DNA of 64,000 nt from positions 324,269 to 388,268 of the IMG/VR virus record IMGVR_UViG_3300025715_000009; one strand, written 5' to 3'. The notes below the pieces were generated by a model, which worked only from the letters and a program-made list of their open reading frames with translations, was not told where the DNA came from and made no database searches. Below, piece by piece: positions 32,831 to 40,573 of this stretch. Source of the DNA: a virus (lineage: Duplodnaviria; Caudoviricetes). The first letter of the stretch is position 1. Every line of letters starts with the position of its first letter. The translations under genes were made by a program, and so were the position numbers.

Positions 32831-33472
32831 TTAATTATTTGTTTTTTTTTTTTTTTGGATTCTTCCTTTTTTCCATCCAAAAGGTATTTGTTCTTCTTTA
32901 TTAATTTTTTTATTAATTATATCATTTGTAATCCACATAGTATTATATTGGCTATTTTTAGAACCTTGTTGATGTTTAATTTTAGCAAAAGTTTCTTTCT
33001 TTCTATTTATTGTGTCTAAACTATTAGCTTTTTTACTCATCTTTATAAGACGATTCAAATTTTCCTTAGAAACAAGATATCTATTTCTTTTTTCAACACT
33101 ATATTCAGAAAACATCCCCATACTATTTTCATATAAATATTTTCCACAAATTTTACCACCAATTTTTCCTGCTTTGGATAAAATATTAAAATCTGCTCCT
33201 CTACCACCAGTAGATATATTATATGTATCTTCTCTTAAGATAAAACCTGTATTAACTATTTCGATTTCTTTTTGAAACATATCATTTTCATTGTCAAAAA
33301 ATTCTAATATTTCTTTTTTAAAGTTTTTTAATCCATATTTATCTTGTGCGTGTTTTAATATAATTCCAGAGCCCATATAATTGTCATCTAAATTATTAGT
33401 ACGATGAACACCAATGTAAATTCTACCATTTAATAAATTAGTAATTTTATATAAATAATAATATGTATACAT
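32831..33472 (-). CDS. GIY-YIG homing endonuclease (Seg-like)
   Basis: YLYKITNLLNGRIYIGVH...YMGSG...YG..NF.KEIL...E, YN...GG, C-terminal WITN...GW..GR. Confidence 0.9.
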   Translation of the reverse strand: MYTYYYLYKITNLLNGRIYIGVHRTNNLDDNYMGSGIILKHAQDKYGLKNFKKEILEFFDNENDMFQKEIEIVNTGFILREDTYNISTGGRGADFNILSKAGKIGGKICGKYLYENSMGMFSEYSVEKRNRYLVSKENLNRLIKMSKKANSLDTINRKKETFAKIKHQQGSKNSQYNTMWITNDIINKKINKEEQIPFGWKKGRIQKKKKTNN

Positions 33473-33525
33473 ATTATTATCTTATAAGGAACTATTAATT
33501 AAATTAAGTTCGATTTAATAATTAT

Positions 33526-33597
33526 GGGTCCCAACGGGAATCGAACCCGTATTTAGAGATTGAAAATCTCTCGAACTGACCGTTGTTCGATGGGACC
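33526..33597 (-). tRNA. tRNA-Glu(UUC)
   Basis: GGTCCCA...AGAGA TT TTC AA TCTCT...TGGGACC. Confidence 0.9.
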
Positions 33598-33602
33598 AGG
33601 TT

Positions 33603-34070
33603 TTATAACTTTTTTTCTTTCTGCATTCTCTTTGTAATTTCTCGTGCTTCAATTTCCCAAGGAGAGGAATAATAATCTAAATCTTCAAATTCACCTAGTC
33701 TTTTTTTCTTCCAAAAAACAAACACATTATTACTTCTTAATTGATAACAGACCCAAGACATTTTACCACTTGTATATTGTTTTACATGGACAAGTTCATG
33801 CATTAGTGTTCTTAATAAATGATACCTTTTAGTAATCAAATCCTTTCTTATATAAATAAGATGTTTATTTGGTGGTTTTTTATTTGGTCTTGTAATGGGT
33901 GCAAGACAATAAACCCCCATAACTTTTTTTGATTGATTAGGTATTTTTTTTACAAATCTAATAATAATGTTTTCTGTATTTTTTATACCAAGAAGTTTAA
34001 TATATTTTTCTACTTTATTCTTAATATAAAGAGTTTTTCTTTTTTCAAGATTTAATATATTAACATTCAT
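33603..34070 (-). CDS. zincin-like metallopeptidase
   Basis: TLMHELVHVKQ and PWEIEA. Confidence 0.75.
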   Translation of the reverse strand: MNVNILNLEKRKTLYIKNKVEKYIKLLGIKNTENIIIRFVKKIPNQSKKVMGVYCLAPITRPNKKPPNKHLIYIRKDLITKRYHLLRTLMHELVHVKQYTSGKMSWVCYQLRSNNVFVFWKKKRLGEFEDLDYYSSPWEIEAREITKRMQKEKKL

Positions 34071-34073
34071 AAA

Positions 34074-34147
34074 AGCGCTATAAGGGATTCGAACCCTTAC
34101 CTTCAGAGTGGAAGTCTGGAGTGCTAGCCATTAAACACCAATAGCGC
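34074..34147 (-). tRNA. tRNA-Gly(UCC)
   Basis: CCAGA CT TCC AC TCTGA; U73. Confidence 0.9.
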
Positions 34148-34151
34148 ATGA

Positions 34152-34223
34152 TGCTCCTACCTGGGTTTGAGCCAGGAATCGCGACTTTATAAGAATCGAT
34201 GGGAGACCCTCCCTCCTAGGAGC
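34152..34223 (-). tRNA. atypical tRNA with anticodon UAU (Ile)
   Basis: GCTCCTA/TAGGAGC; CGATT CT TAT AA AGTCG; lacks U8; T loop CTCAAAC. Confidence 0.6.
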
Positions 34224-34228
34224 AAGTA

Positions 34229-34303
34229 TACCCTCAGTGAGATTCGAACTCACACTGTATAGGTTCTTAGCCTATTGCCATCTACCAGTTGGGCTATGAG
34301 GGC
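34229..34303 (-). tRNA. tRNA-Leu(AAG), short variable loop
   Basis: ATAGG CT AAG AA CCTAT ACAGT GTGAG TTCGAAT CTCAC; A73. Confidence 0.88.
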
Positions 34304-34543
34304 ATGTCTTCAAGCATTAATCTATATTGAATATGATGACCAAAAGAATCTTCGGTTATCCATTCTTTTTTATCTATTTTTAATTTATCAGCAAAAAAAT
34401 CTGTTAAAAAAACAAAAGCCTCTTTTGTATTTGTTATTTTTATTGATTCTGTTTTTTCTTCTGTTGAGGAATAAAACAGATGATAAGTCTTTTTTTCCTT
34501 TTTAATAATCAAACCATTTTCAGCTTCATAAATCTCCATTAAC

Positions 34544-34939
34544 TTACGCATTTTTTACCTCTTTTTCATTATCATATATTGCAAAAAACTTGTTTCCATC
34601 TGTATGTGTATCCACAAAAATCATAGTATATTTTTCACCTCTATAAATCCATTTACTATAAAATCTTTGAGTGTAGATTTCATGTTCATAACTATTTCCG
34701 TCTCTATCTTCTACAAACTCTTTTGTTTCATGAAATGTAACTCCTTGAGACTCAGAGGGTTCTAATTTCTCACCGGTCTGTTTTTCATGCATTTCTCTCA
34801 TCCAAGATGCATATTCAGGTGTAATTTTCCAGTACATTTCTGTATAATCTTCTATAGGATAAATAACATAATCTTCAACAAATCCAACATGGTCATAAAT
34901 TGCTTGTTTAGCCTTATTAAAATCATCAATCAAACTCAT
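34544..34939 (-). CDS. hypothetical protein, paralog of 34952..35233
   Basis: Shared YPIED.TEM.W, IYR..KYT, G.KF.AIYDNEKE. Confidence 0.75.
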   Translation of the reverse strand: MSLIDDFNKAKQAIYDHVGFVEDYVIYPIEDYTEMYWKITPEYASWMREMHEKQTGEKLEPSESQGVTFHETKEFVEDRDGNSYEHEIYTQRFYSKWIYRGEKYTMIFVDTHTDGNKFFAIYDNEKEVKNA

Positions 34940-34951
34940 TTTTATCTCCTA

Positions 34952-35233
34952 TCAAGTAAAATAATATGGAGGAGGCTTGATTTCTTTTTCATTATCATAT
35001 ATCGCCAAGAATTTACCTTCACCCATATTAAGTTGAATAACCATCAAAGTATATTTCCCTTGACGATAAATATGCTCATCACAGATTGTATCAATATGAT
35101 AATCCCAATCTGACATAAATCCTTCTAATGTCGTAGAGTATCTAACACCTAAGCCAATCATAAATTTGTCATTCACTTGCCAAAACATCTCGGTTCTATC
35201 CTCTATAGGATAGTCTACATCCTGATTAAACAC
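34952..35233 (-). CDS. hypothetical protein, paralog of 34544..34939
   Basis: Tandem paralog. Confidence 0.65.
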   Translation of the reverse strand: MFNQDVDYPIEDRTEMFWQVNDKFMIGLGVRYSTTLEGFMSDWDYHIDTICDEHIYRQGKYTLMVIQLNMGEGKFLAIYDNEKEIKPPPYYFT

Positions 35234-35246
35234 TCTAAATTCCTTA

Positions 35247-35321
35247 TGCTCCTAGATGGATTCGAACCCTCATCTTATAGATTCTTAGCCTATTGCTATC
35301 CATCAGTTGGGTTATGATGGC
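35247..35321 (-). pseudogene. chimeric pseudo-tRNA-Leu(AAG)
   Basis: 5' part resembles 34229..34303, 3' end resembles 35977..36051; acceptor strands GCCATCA/TAGGAGC pair poorly. Confidence 0.75.
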
Positions 35322-35348
35322 ATATAGCAAGTTTCCCTGCGTTAAGAA

Positions 35349-35774
35349 CTATGCTAAAATCTTGTCAATACAAGATTTAGCAATTTTCATATCCATTCCA
35401 GGAATTGACTTTAGAACTGGCATAATGTTTTTTACCACTTTTTCTTCATCAGGTAAAGAATTGATTACTTCTTTAACCTTTGCAAGAATTTGTTCTTCTG
35501 TCAACCCTTGTGGAATGAACTCTTCAAGGATAGTGATCTCACGCTCAAGGTGTGAATAATCACCATTTCCTTTTTTATATTCTTCGATTGCCTTCAAAGC
35601 TTCATTCTTCATTTTTTTAGCAGCTGAACCAATGTCATCGTCCATTACTTCACGAAGTTGGGTTTTAGCTGTTTTCTTGGCATTATCAACAAGCATACCA
35701 AGAACTGAAGACCTTTCAGGATTTGTCAATCTTATGACAATCTTTTCTTTGAGCAATTCTTGAATTTTATTCAT
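35349..35774 (-). CDS. GatB/YqeY-domain protein
   Basis: AIEEYKKG......E.EI.ILEEFIP..LTEEQI...V...I. Confidence 0.75.
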   Translation of the reverse strand: MNKIQELLKEKIVIRLTNPERSSVLGMLVDNAKKTAKTQLREVMDDDIGSAAKKMKNEALKAIEEYKKGNGDYSHLEREITILEEFIPQGLTEEQILAKVKEVINSLPDEEKVVKNIMPVLKSIPGMDMKIAKSCIDKILA

Positions 35775-35976
35775 TTTTTCCCCTATAGATTAATTTTTCT
35801 AATTTTAGCTTTTCCACAAATTTTACAACGTGAAATTTGTTTTAAATATCTTCCTGTGGGAAAATTTGTACTATTTCCAAAACCATCACCATATAACGCG
35901 GTAATTCCTACGTCTTGCCATTCTCCGTATTTATGGAAATGAAGCTTCATTTTTAAACCTCCAAATGTTTTTTTTA

Positions 35977-36051
35977 TGCTCCTAGAGGGATTCGAACCCT
36001 CACTTGATAGTTTTTGAAACTATTGCCATCTGCCAGTTGGGCTATAGGAGC
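35977..36051 (-). tRNA. tRNA-Leu(CAA), short variable loop
   Basis: ATAGT TT CAA AA ACTAT CAAGT GAGGG TTCGAAT CCCTC; A73. Confidence 0.9.
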
Positions 36052-36056
36052 AAATA

Positions 36057-36137
36057 TGCGGCCGGAGAGACTTGAACTCTCAATCCTTTCGGCACTAGCA
36101 CCTCAAGCTAGCGTGTATTCCGTTCCACCACGACCGC
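36057..36137 (-). tRNA. tRNA-Leu(GAG), class II
   Basis: CTAGC TT GAG GT GCTAG plus long variable arm. Confidence 0.92.
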
Positions 36138-36808
36138 GTTAAACCTCATTTTTATAACTCTCTTGTAATTTATCCCAATAACCATCTTCATTCTGATAGC
36201 GGATGACTGCCTGCACCTCTTCTGGGAAAGAGAGTCTCATCCTCTCTAAATTACCCCTATCTGCTTTGAAAATAGCTTGAAATAGGTTGTTAAAAAATGA
36301 ACCAGACATATCATTCATAAATTCAAATAGATGGCGCTCTCCCTCTGTCATTTTTTCTCTCCTTAAATAGTTCTTTGTAATAATCAATAATCTTGGAAGT
36401 TATATCTGTATGAAAATGCAAGAAATAACGAACAAATTCATCTTGCTTTCTTCCTCTAGTCAGCTGCTCCATATATGCTATGAACTCACTGAAAACAGGG
36501 TTTTTTGACTTTTCTACTAGTTCTTGTTCAAACTTTTTATACTTTCTCTTATGTTTATTAACGTATTCCTCTACTTCAATATCCATCTTTTTCTCCTTAG
36601 GAAATTGTTTCTAAGATAGTAATAGAATTTATAGAGTAGTAGACTGCATATTCTTGTGTCATATCATTAAAATATGCTTCAACTTTCTGATAGGCTTGTT
36701 TTTCATCATCAGCCTCGACAAGTCTAAATTCAGCCTTCTCTTCACCATGGTCGTGCATATAATACGTTTTAGTATAAGAAACTTGTGCTAAAAATAACAT
36801 ACTTCCTC

Positions 36809-37747
36809 CTAACATCCTCTACCAGAGCCACAGCATCCACCACCTCGAATGGAAGTAGATTTTTTCTTTCTTGACTCTTCGCCAAGATGAATTAGTCCTT
36901 CTTTTGCCATTTTAACAATCTGATTAGGTGTATATAATTCATCTTCTAGAGTTATAATTTCCTCCTTTCCTTCCCAATCCATTGTCAATTTACCATTTTG
37001 CTGATAAATAAGTTCATATACACTATCAGTAATTGTCTCTTTTGGTTCTGCCATTGAACTCTTCCACTGAACTTTCATACCCAAGATAAGCTGTTCTTTA
37101 GTGTAGCATACAGGACATTTGCCAACATAAAGTGGTTTATAATCATTAAAGAATAATTCCTGATTTGAAGGTTCAAGATTACCATGTTGTTTACGAAAAG
37201 CAATGGAAGAAAAATTACTCTGTTTAGCAAATTGAATAAATTCTTCAATGCTCTCTCTAGAATCATATTCCTCTGTCAAAACACAATTAGCATTTACATC
37301 AATTCCAATCTTGTTCAGTTTATTGATAAGCTGAACAAGGCTATCATTTGATGGGATGGTATCTGTTCCAAACATTTCCATATTTTTATCATTATCATGA
37401 TGATGGCGACTTATATTCACATGAAATTTTGTTTTGGTTTTTTTAAGTAGTTTTTCAATTTCTGGAATATATGTTTCTAGATTACAACCATTAGTTGTCA
37501 ACACTACTTTAGAAAATTTAGCAAAAGCAATTTTCAGAACATCAATAAAATGAACTGAAAGTGTAGGTTCTCCACCGGTAAGTGAACACTGTTTAAAATG
37601 TGATGGAATAGAAAGTAAAGTAGATTTAAGCTTTTCTAGATAATCTTCACTTGCCTTTTCTTCTTTCCAGAAACAGAAAGAGCAGTGAGCATTGCATCCA
37701 CCAGGGAGAACAATAGAAAAATTAGGTTCTGTGTTAAAGGTTTTCAT
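36809..37747 (-). CDS. radical SAM protein
   Basis: CNAHCSFC, LTGGEPT, LTTNG; Gly/Cys tail GGGCCGSGRGC. Confidence 0.88.
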   Translation of the reverse strand: MKTFNTEPNFSIVLPGGCNAHCSFCFWKEEKASEDYLEKLKSTLLSIPSHFKQCSLTGGEPTLSVHFIDVLKIAFAKFSKVVLTTNGCNLETYIPEIEKLLKKTKTKFHVNISRHHHDNDKNMEMFGTDTIPSNDSLVQLINKLNKIGIDVNANCVLTEEYDSRESIEEFIQFAKQSNFSSIAFRKQHGNLEPSNQELFFNDYKPLYVGKCPVCYTKEQLILGMKVQWKSSMAEPKETITDSVYELIYQQNGKLTMDWEGKEEIITLEDELYTPNQIVKMAKEGLIHLGEESRKKKSTSIRGGGCCGSGRGC

Positions 37748-37772
37748 TGTATCCTCTTATGTTTATTTGTTT

Positions 37773-37800
37773 ATTATACAATGTTTTTCCTTTGTCTAAA
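37773..37800 (-). promoter_or_regulatory. early-type promoter TTTAGA-N16-TATAAT
   Basis: Motif match upstream of the radical SAM gene. Confidence 0.7.
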
Positions 37801-37803
37801 CTA

Positions 37804-37875
37804 TAGTCCCTACGAGAATCGAACTCGTATCTAGACCTTGAGAGGGTCTCGGCCTAACCATTAGCCGAAGGGACC
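37804..37875 (-). tRNA. tRNA-Glu(CUC)
   Basis: AGACC CT CTC AA GGTCT. Confidence 0.92.
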
Positions 37876-37877
37876 AA

Positions 37878-37996
37878 GTTGTTGATTTTCTCCACTAGGG
37901 AGAGGCTCTCATTTCGTTCATATAAGCTCGTAGACCTGAGAATTTTCAAGCATTTTTGCTTTACTTTCCAGGGCGAGGTGAACTAAAATCATCAAC
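37878..37996 (-). ncRNA. putative structured RNA between two tRNAs
   Basis: Ends pair (GTTGATGATTTT/AAAATCAACAAC) and it fills the inter-tRNA gap. Confidence 0.45.
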
Positions 37997-38003
37997 GTCC
38001 TAT

Positions 38004-38077
38004 TAGTCCTGACGAGATTCGAACTCGTTCCTTCACCTTGAAAGGGTGACCACCTAACCAATTAGTAAGACAGGACC
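38004..38077 (-). tRNA. tRNA-Glu(UUC)
   Basis: TCACC CT TTC AA GGTGA. Confidence 0.9.
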
Positions 38078-38618
38078 ATGTAATTACGGCTCTACATTAA
38101 GACCAGCAATAACTCCTTCGATAAATTCTTCCTTATAAACTATACGGGTAGAGGTTTTCTCTATCCCTTCACGAATTACACTACCAACAAGTGTACCCAT
38201 ATCAAAATCATTATGAATGCCAAATTTCTTGTAAGCAGATTTAATTATAATCGAAATCATTTCTTCAGCTTTCATCTTATAATCTCCTTGCATAAGATTA
38301 TACACTATAATATATGCTTTCTAAAAATTTTTTGCAAAGTAACTGTCTTCTTCTTCAAAAAGATGTTTTATGGTATTTCTTTTTAAGTTCTCCGCTTCAA
38401 CTTCTTGAATTTCTTGACCATAATAGAAATGTTTATCATATAGATAGAACTTATCACCGGCAATATCATAAAACCAGACATGTATGCTTTCTGGTACAGT
38501 ATCAGGTTTTCCTACTAGAAATGTTTTCATAGAAGAGGATGAAGATATTCTATAAAAATGTCCAGGTTTTGCATCTTGTGTTTTCATATAGTTATCTTGT
38601 TTAAATTATGCAAAATAA

Positions 38619-38691
38619 TGAACCCAGCAGGGGTCGAACCTGCGACGAATAGATTAAGAGTCTATCACTCTACCAACTGAGTTATGGGTCC
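38619..38691 (-). tRNA. tRNA-Lys(CUU)
   Basis: ATAGA CT CTT AA TCTAT; G2.U71. Confidence 0.93.
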
Positions 38692-38820
38692 AAAGATAAA
38701 GATCTACTAAATCTTTATCAAGGAGTTTTTACCTCACCAAATAAGATTTCAAAATAAAAGCTTTTAGTAGTCTTTTATTTTTCTATGCAAATTTAGCTTC
38801 TGGGTATCCCTCAAACCATA

Positions 38821-38893
38821 TTGCAGCGACAGGAGTCGAACCTGCTATCTTCACCTTATGAGAGTGATATGAATTCCGTTTCACCCCGCTACA
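38821..38893 (-). tRNA. tRNA with anticodon CAU (Met/fMet-like)
   Basis: TCACT CT CAT AA GGTGA; TGTAGCG/CGCTGCA. Confidence 0.8.
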
Positions 38894-38895
38894 AT

Positions 38896-38969
38896 TGAAC
38901 CTAGTAGGATTTGAACCTACAACCTTCGGGTTAAAAGCCCGTCGATCTACCAGATTGATCTATAGGTCC
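38896..38969 (-). tRNA. tRNA-Lys(UUU), intronless
   Basis: ACGGG CT TTT AA CCCGA; G2.U71. Confidence 0.93.
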
Positions 38970-39061
38970 ATAAAACTGAGGTTTATTAAATCACTCCACT
39001 TTATAGACGTCATCATTTGTGGTGATATTTAATTCCTCAGGGGAAGTGCGACTTCCCAGAA

Positions 39062-39133
39062 TGAGCGGTAGAGGAGTCGAACCTCTCTTGACTGGATTAA
39101 GAGGCCAGCACATCACCGATCTGTCAACCGCCC
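39062..39133 (-). tRNA. tRNA-Lys(CUU), atypical
   Basis: CTGGC CT CTT AA TCCAG; GGGCGGT/ACCGCTC; weak D stem. Confidence 0.75.
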
Positions 39134-39214
39134 AAATAAGAAACCCTTCTCTATATTATCAAGGAACAATGGTGAGAGAGGGGCTTGAACCCTCGATGGG
39201 CACCATTTATTATA

Positions 39215-39288
39215 TAGTGACGAGTGGACTCGAACCACTGCATAACTGGTTTATGGGACCAGGGCATTACCTTCTTTGCTACGTCACC
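39215..39288 (-). tRNA. nested tRNA with anticodon CAU (Met/Ile2), C33
   Basis: GGTGACG...CTGGT CC CAT AA ACCAG...AGTGG TTCGAGT CCACT CGTCACT A. Confidence 0.85.
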
Positions 39289-39965
39289 AAATAATCTAAG
39301 ATAGACTTTCCATTTTTTATTGCATTAATTTCTTTTCTTTTTAAAACAATCAATTTTTCATTAAACTGGCTCCATTTTGCTTTATCTTTTTCAGTTTCAT
39401 ATCCTTTAACTTCTATATAAATATTTAAATTTTCTATATAAAAATCAGGATAATAAATCTTATTTTTATTATGAAATAAATAAGTAAATCCCGTTGGTTT
39501 TTTAGGAATAATATTATTTTTTCTTAATTCATAATAGACTAATTCCTCCCATGATCCCAATAATCCAAATCCATCAATTTCTTTATATTTTACATATCCT
39601 CTGTTATATCTACCAGAATATTGTTCAGCTTTTTCTATAGCAACTTTTTTCATTGATTTAGAGATTTTTTCTTTTGTTTCATCAGATAAACTTTTACCTT
39701 TTAATTGATGAATAATTTCTCCACTTTTGTATTTTTCTTTTAATGTATCAGAACATTTCTTATGCCAATTAGGATGTTCATTTTGCCAATCCTTAGAAAA
39801 ACAACCTTTCACTTTTGAATAAGATTCTGGGTGTTCTTTATGTGCTTTTTTTCCTCCTTCTGAATTTTTCTTTTTAGCTTCATCTGTTTTTGGATAGCAT
39901 GAGTTACAATAGCCAGTAATAGAAGAATCAGAAATTTCTTTATAACAATTTTTACAAAATTTCAT
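39279..39965 (-). CDS. homing-type endonuclease (Zn finger, NUMOD3, TnsA-like PD-(D/E)XK)
   Basis: CKNC...C..C, LSDETKEKIS, SWE, YYPDFY...YIEVKG; stop codon lies inside the nested tRNA. Confidence 0.8.
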   Translation of the reverse strand: MKFCKNCYKEISDSSITGYCNSCYPKTDEAKKKNSEGGKKAHKEHPESYSKVKGCFSKDWQNEHPNWHKKCSDTLKEKYKSGEIIHQLKGKSLSDETKEKISKSMKKVAIEKAEQYSGRYNRGYVKYKEIDGFGLLGSWEELVYYELRKNNIIPKKPTGFTYLFHNKNKIYYPDFYIENLNIYIEVKGYETEKDKAKWSQFNEKLIVLKRKEINAIKNGKSILDYLVT

Positions 39966-40038
39966 ATATTTATCTGTCTCCCAATTATTAAAAAATTAAA
40001 AGTGCTGCCTTACCAACTTGGCTATCTCACCATAAAAA

Positions 40039-40108
40039 GAGGGTGTTCTACCGATTAAACTACCGCCCCTTTTTAGGGGCAGATGGGGCTCGAACCCATA
40101 TCTCCCTG
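40039..40108 (-). ncRNA. circularly permuted tRNA-like gene (YrlA-like topology)
   Basis: CAGGG AGAT ATGGG TTCGAGC CCCAT CTGCCCC TAAAAA GGGGCGG TA GTTT AATCGGTA GAAC A CCCTC: T arm, then looped acceptor stem, then D arm. Confidence 0.75.
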
Positions 40109-40112
40109 GTTG

Positions 40113-40186
40113 TCCTGATCCTGGGATTCGAACCCAGACATGACCTGATCTTCAGTCAGGTGCGCTACCAATTGCGCTAAATCAGG
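40113..40186 (-). tRNA. tRNA-Phe(GAA)
   Basis: CCTGA CT GAA GA TCAGG. Confidence 0.88.
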
Positions 40187-40191
40187 ATAAA

Positions 40192-40366
40192 ATCAATCTC
40201 ATTCGTCCCTTTTCAGACCATAACCTTTGCTTAGGTTTCACAAGGTAGGAACTATTTGCCTCCTTAAGCATGGAATTCCTTTTCGATAGCTACTATATGG
40301 TATTTCAACCACCACTCTTATTTAATCGTCCATAGATTAAATAAGTTTTTGCTACCGGAGATTGAT
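40192..40366 (-). ncRNA. putative ~175-nt multibranch structured RNA
   Basis: Terminal ATCAATCTC/GAGATTGAT; internal CTTATTTAATC/GATTAAATAAG, ACCATA/TATGGT, TGCTTA/TAAGCA. Confidence 0.55.
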
Positions 40367-40368
40367 AT

Positions 40369-40451
40369 TGCCCAGTGTGGGAGTCGAACCCACTGAACCT
40401 TAGGTGACGATTTTACAGACCGCTCCGCTTCCGATTACGGGATACCTGGGC
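40369..40451 (-). tRNA. tRNA-Tyr(GUA), class II
   Basis: GCGGT CT GTA AA ATCGT plus variable arm. Confidence 0.88.
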
Positions 40452-40487
40452 AAAAACTTGGGCCGGGTAGGACTCGAACCTACGGTA

Positions 40488-40573
40488 TGGGGAGTGAAGG
40501 AATCGAACCTCTTCGCCGCCACCTACCTTTTATATGACAAGTGATTTACAGTCACCCGGCAGGAACACTCCCC
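40488..40573 (-). tRNA. nested atypical tRNA-Tyr(GUA) with reduced D arm and enlarged variable arm
   Basis: GGGGAGT/ACTCCCC; GGTGA CT GTA AA TCACT; bulged T stem with TTCGATT loop. Confidence 0.65.

Larger units (their letters stand above)
39170..40031 (-). tRNA. split tRNA (probable anticodon UAA) enclosing an endonuclease ORF and a nested tRNA
   Basis: 5' half 40031-39996 GGTGAGA TA GCCA AGTTGGTA AGGC A GCACT TT TAA; 3' half 39209-39170 TAA AT GGTGC CCATC GAGGG TTCAAGC CCCTC TCTCACC A. Confidence 0.75.

Noticed and set aside
30274-33597. Further nested cassettes around the endonucleases at 30367 and 32831
   Set aside because: Each has a tRNA directly downstream, but I found no orphan tRNA 5' half upstream; treated as free-standing endonucleases.
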